The position numbers and the translations under genes were made by a program. From IMG/VR virus record IMGVR_UViG_3300045988_127000, positions 1-17,046 of that record: 17,046 nucleotides of DNA. One strand, given 5' to 3'. This DNA comes from a virus. Below the pieces are notes generated by a model that searched no databases, was not told the DNA's origin, and worked only from the letters and a program-made list of their open reading frames with translations. Positions 8,595 to 15,192 of the stretch are shown one piece after another. Positions within the stretch are counted from its first letter, which is position 1; every line of letters begins with the position of its first letter.

Positions 8595-8918
8595 CTATTT
8601 AGCTGGGTTTTCTAAGAACAATGCTTTTTTTAGTTTGGCCTGAAGTCCAGCGATGCTTGTATCTTGCTGTGTATTTTTCTGCTGTACTGATTGAATATCC
8701 GATTTTGCTTGTGTTATATCCGCTTGTGCCTGTTCCACATCACTAACAAGTTGGTCAAATCCATCTGGTGTAGATGTATCAATCAATTCCTTTAATGCTT
8801 TTCCTTGTTCGGCACTTAAAACCTTACTGGTACCACCTGTTGTCAGATTATTGACGATGTCCTTATCTTCTACTAAATTGGCTGCAACTGTACCTTCATA
8901 ATTATATGTCGTTTTCAT
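8595..8918 (-). CDS. Putative fibre/appendage protein (107 aa): shared N-terminal module plus coiled-coil tail
   Basis: MKTTYNYEGTVAANLVEDKDIVNNLTTGGTSKVLSAEQGKALKELI aligns with the N-terminus of the 153-aa neighbour. The C-terminus is Q/A/K-rich and looks like a coiled coil. [19 protein letters not shown]. Confidence 0.5.
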   Translation of the reverse strand: MKTTYNYEGTVAANLVEDKDIVNNLTTGGTSKVLSAEQGKALKELIDTSTPDGFDQLVSDVEQAQADITQAKSDIQSVQQKNTQQDTSIAGLQAKLKKALFLENPAK

Positions 8919-8960
8919 TTTTATTCCTCTCTTTCTAAATGAATTGGTATAGTATTTTCA

Positions 8961-9572
8961 TCATTTTTTTTTTATTTCCTGCAAAGGGTATGCATTGGTT
9001 AAAAAACCACATCGCTGAATCGTATCATTTAATGCATTGATAGAAGTAATAAGCGATTGAATATCTGATTTTAATGCGATCTCATTTTTTACACTTTCGC
9101 CATTTAACCAAACGGGTTTTTCTGACGATGCAATAACAGCATCCAGCGCATTATTTCCTAAAACAATATCCGTCCCATTTTTCTTCAAGATATTATCATC
9201 GTTTTCAAATCGAATGTCGGCATTGTTTCCTAGTTTAAGTGGGCCCGTCATCGTTCCGCCAGACTTGTCTAGTTTCTGATTCCATAAAGGATTTTGTGCA
9301 ATCAGATCGTTTAACGTGCCATCTTCAACCCATTGATTTAAAATTTTCTGTGTTTCTTCTGTAGCAATGTTGGAAATTTTTTCATTCAAAAACTCTTGAA
9401 AATTGTTCCAATCATCTAAAAGTGCATCCATATTTTCATAGACAATGGAAACATAACCTTGTAAATAATTGATGCACTGATATAAATTATATCCCTGATT
9501 GAACGCGGTTACGTTGTTTGATACCACATTTCCCACGTTTGGAAGTGGTTCAAATTTTGGAAGATCAGACAT
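8961..9572 (-). CDS. Tail fibre-like protein with KSGGTMTGPLKL motif. Start is uncertain; the ORF track extends to 9581.
   Basis: Contains LDKSGGTMTGPLKLGNN, the conserved G-x-M-T-G motif seen in phage tail fibres (for example T7 gp17 GGAMTGQLKL). C-terminal coiled-coil-like KSDIQSLITSINALNDTIQ. Ends in a KKK-stop encoded by an A10 run. Confidence 0.5.
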   Translation of the reverse strand: MSDLPKFEPLPNVGNVVSNNVTAFNQGYNLYQCINYLQGYVSIVYENMDALLDDWNNFQEFLNEKISNIATEETQKILNQWVEDGTLNDLIAQNPLWNQKLDKSGGTMTGPLKLGNNADIRFENDDNILKKNGTDIVLGNNALDAVIASSEKPVWLNGESVKNEIALKSDIQSLITSINALNDTIQRCGFLTNAYPLQEIKKK

Positions 9573-9819
9573 TTTCATCACTTCCTTTTAAATCTAAAAT
9601 GGTGTCAATTTTTGCGCTTAACTTTTCCATGACAATGGTATTGTTTTCAATGGTTGTCGTCAGCTTATCGACTTCATTCTTATGTTCATCATTAATTTTA
9701 GTTATTTCTTCTTTATGCGTGTCATTTAAATACTTGACATAATATCCCATGACGCCACACATAACAATTGGAAAACCAACGGTAGAAATTAATTGAACAA
9801 CTGCGTTTGCTGTTTCCAT
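9565..9819 (-). CDS. Putative holin, BhlA/UviB-like. One N-terminal TM followed by a charged coiled-coil; 85 aa from the internal start.
   Basis: METANAVVQLISTVGFPIVMCGVMGYYVKYL... forms a single hydrophobic TM, then a K/E-rich tail. A near-perfect [17 protein letters not shown] precedes the ATG at 9819. The 111-aa extension in the ORF track lacks an RBS and runs into the terminator. Confidence 0.45.
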   Translation of the reverse strand: METANAVVQLISTVGFPIVMCGVMGYYVKYLNDTHKEEITKINDEHKNEVDKLTTTIENNTIVMEKLSAKIDTILDLKGSDENV

Positions 9820-9850
9820 GGTATCACCTCTTTTTCTATACTTATAATAA

Positions 9851-9877
9851 ACAAAAAAGCCACTTTGTGCAAGTGGC
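9851..9877 (-). terminator. Rho-independent terminator (minus-strand transcripts), upstream of holin RBS
   Basis: 7-bp stem gccactt / aagtggc with a 5-nt loop, followed on the minus strand by TTTTTTGT. Confidence 0.5.
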
Positions 9878-9992
9878 TCTCTTGTTTTCCAATGGTTCAA
9901 AACCGATTAGAAAGAACTCAAATCTGTTAAAAAGAGTAAAAAGGAGGGTAAGTGTATCTATATGCCTGCTAGACCTTACACCCTTATTATAG

Positions 9993-10020
9993 AAAAGAAA
10001 AAAGGCTTTTGCAAGCCCTT
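9993..10020 (-). terminator. Rho-independent terminator immediately after major capsid gene
   Basis: Minus strand reads stem GGCTT-gcaa-AAGCC with flanking AA/TT pairs, followed by TTTTTTCTTTTC. Sits directly 3' of the capsid stop, the classic attenuation point after the most abundant late gene. Confidence 0.4.
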
Positions 10021-10029
10021 TCTCTGTAT

Positions 10030-11379
10030 TTACGCTACAACGACAACTTGAATCACACTCTGAACACTTGTTTCAACCGTGTCTTTGACAGTCACTGTTT
10101 TCAAGCCAGCTGTTGCACTTCCGTTAGCTGCGATCGTGATTTCTGTTTTGTCATCATTGATTGTTGCTGTCACATTTGGATCACTGGATGTTGCTGTTAC
10201 ATTAACCGATGCATCAATTCCAGATTTCTGGATGCTCATTTTTACCTTTTTGGTTTCATTTGCTTTTAATGTAATGGCATCCGGATTGACTGTGATCCCT
10301 GTAATTTTGTTTTCAGCGCTACCGCTTACAAAAGCGATCGCATTCGCGAAACGACTTGTAGCAATACCTTCCCAGTGATGTAACCAGTAATTCCAATACA
10401 AGCCTTCCCCGTTATACTGTGTATTTACATTGTATTTCTGATCGAATACGCGGTAGATCTCACGATCTACTAACATCGCTTCCACTTTTCCGTTGTCGGT
10501 TTCTGGAAGTGTTGGAATTACCAATACATGTGTTTTAAAGTTGGCAACGTCCAACTGGAATGTCTGTGACAACCATTCAATATTTAAGAAGCTGTTGGAT
10601 TCGGCTGTTAAAATGATATATAGATCATCCAATTCATTCTGTTTGGTCACGCCCATCCCGTTGTATTCATTATGCGGTTCTGTCAAAATGGATGCATACA
10701 TTGTCAATTGTCTTGCTAGATCCTTAGCACTTGCTGTGTCCGTGACAGCGTTTGCTAAGTTGATGATCTTCATATACCCATTTTCATAATGCGTTGTCAG
10801 TGCGGACTTCATATATTTGTAGTCGTCTCGATTGTCACCATTGTACAAGCTGTCCACGATCTTAGCAATCAAACTATTGACACCATCCCAAGTCACAAAA
10901 TAGCTGCGCAAATCATCGTCTGTCACAGTGCTCTTATAAAAGCTTTTTCGATTGACAGTGTAAAACACTGTCTTGATGTCTGGTAATTCGCGTTTAAATA
11001 CATTGGTTTCCGATGCCGCCTGATCATAAGCATGCTCTTTCGCTGCTTCCACAAAGTATTCTTCCATCGTGTAGCCTAAAGGCATGTTCTGCATCTTAAA
11101 TGGCGCTAGTCTGTTTGAAAGAATATTTTTGTGTGCAATGGTACGCCCGATGCGTGTTGCTAAAGTTACCCATTCAGTTGCAAGTTGTTCTGGGTATTCA
11201 AGTAAACCATTCATAAAATCCAAGGAATTGGTTTCTAAAGGATCCCCTACGCTTGCACGGAAATTTTCCGATGCCGCCATGTACATAGAATGTGCTACCT
11301 GCTGGCCAGTTGGTTCAGCTTCCAATCCTAAATTGGTCTGAATTGCCTTAGCCACGTCTTTTGCTGTTGTTTTAGCCAT
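10030..11379 (-). CDS. Major capsid protein, phi29 gp8-like, with C-terminal Big_2 (Ig-like) domain
   Basis: 449 aa. ...GLYWNYWLHHWEGIATSRFANAIAFVSGSAENKITGITVNPDAITL... matches phi29 gp8 ...[45 protein letters not shown].... Earlier blocks (NVFKRELPDIKTVF / VFEREMPNVKTLF) also match. RBS GGAGATGAAGAAAA. Confidence 0.95.
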   Translation of the reverse strand: MAKTTAKDVAKAIQTNLGLEAEPTGQQVAHSMYMAASENFRASVGDPLETNSLDFMNGLLEYPEQLATEWVTLATRIGRTIAHKNILSNRLAPFKMQNMPLGYTMEEYFVEAAKEHAYDQAASETNVFKRELPDIKTVFYTVNRKSFYKSTVTDDDLRSYFVTWDGVNSLIAKIVDSLYNGDNRDDYKYMKSALTTHYENGYMKIINLANAVTDTASAKDLARQLTMYASILTEPHNEYNGMGVTKQNELDDLYIILTAESNSFLNIEWLSQTFQLDVANFKTHVLVIPTLPETDNGKVEAMLVDREIYRVFDQKYNVNTQYNGEGLYWNYWLHHWEGIATSRFANAIAFVSGSAENKITGITVNPDAITLKANETKKVKMSIQKSGIDASVNVTATSSDPNVTATINDDKTEITIAANGSATAGLKTVTVKDTVETSVQSVIQVVVVA

Positions 11380-11401
11380 TTTTCTTCATCTCCATTCTTT
11401 T

Positions 11402-11680
11402 TTAAAACATTTTCTTGATGTTAAAATCACTCGTGTTCTTTTTCTCTTTTTCCTTTGCCTTTTCCGCATCAAATCCCACTTTCATAAATAAACTGGAATT
11501 CGCTTCTACAAGTCGCTCATTCTTGGCTTTCAAGTCGGTGTTTTCTGTTGTCAAAGTTTCGTTGCTTTCAAACAATGATCCTACTTCACCTCGCAATTGA
11601 TCCAACAATGTTGAGCGCTCGGCGCGGTCGTCCTGCTCCAGGACTTGGCCAATCAGAGTGTTCATTTCGTCTTGTGTCAT
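11402..11680 (-). CDS. Head scaffolding protein, phi29 gp7-like
   Basis: 92 aa. RSTLLDQLRGEVGSLFESNETLTTENTDLKAKNERLVEANSSLFMKVGF parallels phi29 gp7 [49 protein letters not shown]. Lies directly upstream of the capsid gene. [20 protein letters not shown]. Confidence 0.78.
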   Translation of the reverse strand: MTQDEMNTLIGQVLEQDDRAERSTLLDQLRGEVGSLFESNETLTTENTDLKAKNERLVEANSSLFMKVGFDAEKAKEKEKKNTSDFNIKKMF

Positions 11681-11689
11681 TCAGTAATC

Positions 11690-11737
11690 ACCTCTTTAAT
11701 TTAATAATATATCACAATTTCTATAAAAGCAAAACAA
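11690..11737 (-). promoter_or_regulatory. Candidate late promoter for the scaffold-capsid operon: -10-like TATATT (11711-11706) with TGTGA upstream and a poor -35
   Basis: Minus strand reads TTTTGCTTTTATAGAAATTGTGATATATTATTAAATTAAAGAGGTGATTACTGA-ATG, between the early terminator and the scaffold RBS. The lack of a good -35 suggests dependence on an activator, as with phi29 A3. Confidence 0.3.
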
Positions 11738-11756
11738 AAAGGCGTTTTCCGCCTTT
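11725..11756 (-). terminator. Rho-independent terminator ending the early (replication) transcript; partly bidirectional
   Basis: 7-bp stem aaaggcg / cgccttt (11738-11744 and 11750-11756) with loop ttttc. The minus strand follows with TTGTTTTGCTTTT. The plus strand also has CTGCTTTTTGG after the stem. Confidence 0.6.
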
Positions 11757-11922
11757 CTGCTTTTTGGTCTTAGAAAAACTAAGAAAGATGAGATTGAAAA
11801 GGATGCAATTAAATGAATGACACTGTATGAGGTGTAATTTTATTCCGGCATGTTTCACCATGATACGCCCGGAACAAGCAACCATTTTGAAATTGCTCCC
11901 CTTCGTGTTAACTATACTATGT

Positions 11923-12111
11923 TTATTTCATTTCGTCAATTTCAATTTGTCTTCGGATGCAAAGACGAACAAATTTTGAAAGCTGGTGCTTTTTCTTGTA
12001 TTCTTCCAGCTTTTCAATCAAAAGCGTGTCATCCTTTGGCACGATGATATTATATCGCTTATAGTGTTCTCTGGTAAATTGATTGATATAGTCGTAGGCT
12101 TTATTTTTCAT
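11923..12111 (-). CDS. Small ribbon-helix-helix-like DNA-binding protein, candidate transcriptional regulator of the early/late switch
   Basis: 62 aa. KRYNIIVPKDDTLLIEKLEEYKKKHQLSKFVRLCIRRQIE fits a beta-strand / helix / helix (RHH, CopG/Arc-like) pattern. It is the last gene of the early operon, just upstream of the late promoter region. Confidence 0.45.
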   Translation of the reverse strand: MKNKAYDYINQFTREHYKRYNIIVPKDDTLLIEKLEEYKKKHQLSKFVRLCIRRQIEIDEMK

Positions 12112-12126
12112 CCTGTCACCTCTTTC

Positions 12127-13941
12127 TTATCGTCTCTTGATCTTGAATTGTGCATCGTATAAAACCACACCGCCAGGCACATGGCTTTTTTTCAAACAGC
12201 CCGGCACGCTCGTTCCAACCTTGAACGTCTCAAATGTTATGTTCTGCTTGGCGCTTTCTGTCATGCCGGCGCATTTTACATTCAACCGGTATGCGATTCC
12301 CTCACGCAAATACACAAGATTGTCCTTCTTGTCATGGTCTTCGATAAAGGCACGCTGGCGTTCGTTATATTCATTGTAAGAAATTTCAATTTCTTCAATA
12401 TATGTTTTTGCACCTACAAAATAGGCACGTTTGAATACACTTTCCAGCCCCCAAAAACCAAGTTCTTTATCATCTATAACATCCTTTATTGCATCTGGTA
12501 CATCCGTTCCTACCAGATGGATGGAATCAGTGTCAATATACGCCACGCGGTCGATTCCTACTTTCTGGGCGGTTAAGATCGTATACTTTCGCGCATAGGC
12601 TGTTACAAATGTTGCGTAAGGCAAATAGATAGGGTCACGCATTTCTGTGTCAATTTCTTCCGTGATTTCGTCTGTTTCCGGATTCCACACCTTGATTTTT
12701 GGCTCGGCCATTCGCAGCACACCTTCTTCATCCAGATAAGGTATTTTTGGTGTCACATCCGGGTTTGTTGCAAACTTCCCATACACAGAGTTCATTTTTC
12801 TTTTCGCGATGAAACGTTTGGCACCTTTTTCCTTTTTCTTGACTTCCATGCATTCCTCAATAAAAGGTCGGGCAACGCCCACATTGCCACGAAAATAATA
12901 TCCGCCATTAAAAGAAACATCATACACATCGTATTGATGTTGTATGAGTTCCCAGTCCACACTGGTCAATGTCATGCTGACAACTTCTCCATTCGAGCTA
13001 TCAATATATTCTTTGGATCCGTTATAAATGGTCACCTTGTCCAGTGATATACAAGGTATATGATCCGGTTTGATATCAAACGCAAAATTGACGTTGGCAA
13101 CCCATAAAGGACGCGTTTTCAATATCTCTGGGTTTGGCTCCCCTTCAAAGATCGTAGGCAATCCATAAGGCAACAACTCCAGATACATACGTGAAGGATA
13201 TAAACTATTAACATCAAATACCATGCCATTTTGAATCAGCTTTTCATTGTGTCTTGGATTTGCCCATACAAAACCACCACTATAACTCTGGCGTATATCT
13301 GCATCGCTTTCTAGGCTCAATCCTGGATATAGTTTATTGAACGAATCGCCAAGGCTTTCTTTAAATGCCTTATAACTGGCACCTGTCGCTGTCATTTTGT
13401 TAAAGCCTTCATCAAACAACTGTTCCAGTGCCATTGCTACGATGTCAATGTCATTAAATAGGTATTCTTTTTCCTCTCTGGTTAAAAGGTGTCCGGGTTC
13501 TCGATTGGCATCATAGTCTAGGTGTAGCTTTCGAATCGGTAAATGGAAGTCATGCGCGATCTGTCGAACGCTAAAAGGAATCAACTTCAAACTATCCCAA
13601 ATGGTCGTCTTGATCGTATGCTTTTTTCGTACTTTCCAGTAGATTTCAATCGCATACCACTGCCCAAGATTGGAAATGATCGTGTGAAAACAGCCCTCTT
13701 TTGGGTGTTTGGAATACTTCCACCCGTTTTTAAGCAAATGGCTGATAATAAATTCCCCGTCAAAAGCCAGATTGTGAAAATAGCATTTTATATTTTTCCC
13801 TTGGATCCATTCTATAAACGTCTCAATGGAATTTCCAAAAAGTTTATGATCTGTCTTTCCTACTTCGCTGGCACCCCATGCCCACACTCTACAATCGTTT
13901 GGGTCTGTCGTGGTTTCAAAATCACAAGAATAAACTTGCAC
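12127..13941 (-). CDS. Protein-primed family-B DNA polymerase (phi29 gp2-like); initiates at GTG overlapping the upstream TAG
   Basis: 604 aa. Exo I VYSCDFETTTDPNDCRVWAWG (phi29 MYSCDFETTTKVEDCRVWAYG). Motif A DVNSLYPSRMY. Motif B KMNSVYGKFATNPDVTPKIPYL. Motif C RVAYIDTDSIHL. The start codon at 13941-13939 is GTG. Confidence 0.97.
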   Translation of the reverse strand: MQVYSCDFETTTDPNDCRVWAWGASEVGKTDHKLFGNSIETFIEWIQGKNIKCYFHNLAFDGEFIISHLLKNGWKYSKHPKEGCFHTIISNLGQWYAIEIYWKVRKKHTIKTTIWDSLKLIPFSVRQIAHDFHLPIRKLHLDYDANREPGHLLTREEKEYLFNDIDIVAMALEQLFDEGFNKMTATGASYKAFKESLGDSFNKLYPGLSLESDADIRQSYSGGFVWANPRHNEKLIQNGMVFDVNSLYPSRMYLELLPYGLPTIFEGEPNPEILKTRPLWVANVNFAFDIKPDHIPCISLDKVTIYNGSKEYIDSSNGEVVSMTLTSVDWELIQHQYDVYDVSFNGGYYFRGNVGVARPFIEECMEVKKKEKGAKRFIAKRKMNSVYGKFATNPDVTPKIPYLDEEGVLRMAEPKIKVWNPETDEITEEIDTEMRDPIYLPYATFVTAYARKYTILTAQKVGIDRVAYIDTDSIHLVGTDVPDAIKDVIDDKELGFWGLESVFKRAYFVGAKTYIEEIEISYNEYNERQRAFIEDHDKKDNLVYLREGIAYRLNVKCAGMTESAKQNITFETFKVGTSVPGCLKKSHVPGGVVLYDAQFKIKRR

Positions 13942-14738
13942 TAATTTTTGACAGTCCTTCTAACAAATTTGGAAAGACTTGTAGATACCTCTTGAAAGGA
14001 TTGTTTGATCTCGGATTCCATGAAATTGACATACCAAAGATTAAATGCATCCACACTGCTCTCTTCCTGATAAAACCACTTTGTAAAATCTGATACAGAA
14101 AGTCTCTTGATACTTTTTGACATTTCTCTGAATTGTTTGGAAGTCATAGCACCTTGTTTTCTCTGGTTTCGCAAGGCCTTTAAATAGTTGTCACGCAGTC
14201 TCTTGTTTTTTAGCTCCGGATTTCGAACATTTCTCTTTAAGCTTGAAATGCGCTTTTTTAATTGCTGTTCGGATGAGTAGCTTTCAATGTTGACCGGTCT
14301 TAAATCTTCAAAAATTCGCTCACGTTCATCTTTTACCACGCGCAGCGCCTTGTTCAATTTAACCGTATTATATTCACCGCCGATTGTCTGTTTCAAATTC
14401 GATATCTGTTTGCGCTGTTTTCTTCGAATTTTGTTTTCCTGCTTAATAAGCTCATTTGCCTTTTTTATGTCCTGCACTTTAAAGGCAACGCCTCTGCGAT
14501 TGACATAGTATCGATTTTCCCGGTTAAAACGTTTGATACTGTTGATATATTTATTAAATTCATCGCGCGAAGAAAAATCAGATAATGTTTTGACTTCGGT
14601 AAAATAAACTTCCTGACCTTGTTTTCTGGCAATTGTTGCGGTTCTACGTGCACTCTTGATATAGTTTTCTAGTTTTCTACGATCTTCATAGCTTTTCCTA
14701 AATTTTGGTTTTTTCTTTGCCAAATTGACCACCTCCAA
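13941..14738 (-). CDS. Putative terminal protein (TP, phi29 gp3 analogue)
   Basis: 265 aa, very K/R-rich. Immediately upstream of and translationally coupled to the protein-primed polymerase (TAGTG overlap), the same arrangement and size as phi29 TP (266 aa). No primary-sequence match recalled, so this is an inference from synteny and composition. Confidence 0.6.
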   Translation of the reverse strand: MEVVNLAKKKPKFRKSYEDRRKLENYIKSARRTATIARKQGQEVYFTEVKTLSDFSSRDEFNKYINSIKRFNRENRYYVNRRGVAFKVQDIKKANELIKQENKIRRKQRKQISNLKQTIGGEYNTVKLNKALRVVKDERERIFEDLRPVNIESYSSEQQLKKRISSLKRNVRNPELKNKRLRDNYLKALRNQRKQGAMTSKQFREMSKSIKRLSVSDFTKWFYQEESSVDAFNLWYVNFMESEIKQSFQEVSTSLSKFVRRTVKN

Positions 14739-14773
14739 ATTTTAAAAATAGGCAGAGTGTTTCTGCCTAAATT

Positions 14774-15124
14774 TTAAAATGGCAAGTCATCGTCTTGCAA
14801 GGATAATGTATCTTCTTTTGGTTCTTCTTTCTTGTCAAAGATCAATTCAACACGTTCTGCATTGATCTCGTGATTCACATATACTTTTCCTTTGCTCTCC
14901 GAATTACGAATGTCATAATGCCCTTCAATAATGGCACGCATGCCTTTCTGTCCGTATTTTTCGACATATTCAGCTTGTTTGTCCCATAAAATAATGGTTG
15001 GAAAAATAGCTTTTTCTTTGTCTTTTGACACAGCCAAAGCAAAGCGCATCACGCTTTTTCCTGATTTTGTTTTCATCAATTCGATTTCATTTGCAATTCG
15101 TCCGCTTAAAATAACTTTATTCAT
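14774..15124 (-). CDS. Single-stranded DNA-binding protein, bacterial SSB-type OB fold with conserved acidic C-terminal tail
   Basis: 116 aa. MNKVILSGRIANEIELMKTKSGKSVMRFALAV...ILWDKQAEYVEKYGQKGMRAIIEGHYDIRN parallels E. coli/B. subtilis SSB (MNRVILVGRL...TFTLAV...[32 protein letters not shown]). The C-terminus ...LQDDDLPF matches the SSB interaction tail DDDIPF. Confidence 0.82.
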   Translation of the reverse strand: MNKVILSGRIANEIELMKTKSGKSVMRFALAVSKDKEKAIFPTIILWDKQAEYVEKYGQKGMRAIIEGHYDIRNSESKGKVYVNHEINAERVELIFDKKEEPKEDTLSLQDDDLPF

Positions 15125-15192
15125 CTTGTTTCCTCTTCTTTCTATTTAAAAATACTCGGTACACTTATTTCCGCGTCTACATCAAATTCCCA

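Noticed and set aside
8919-8963. Possible read-through or frameshift fusion of the fibre-like ORF (8961-9572) with the same-frame downstream ORF (8595-8918)
   Set aside because: Two consecutive in-frame stops (TGATGA) separate them, and the downstream ORF has its own good RBS.
9820-9900. N-terminal extension of the holin-like ORF to 9900 (111 aa)
   Set aside because: The extension has no RBS and runs through the terminator hairpin at 9859-9877. The internal ATG at 9819 has a near-perfect RBS.
12137-13944. Plus-strand ORFs (12137-12379, 12181-12576, 13543-13944) opposite the DNA polymerase gene
   Set aside because: Antisense to a gene whose frame is fixed by multiple conserved polymerase motifs. 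AT-rich sequence gives long spurious antisense frames.
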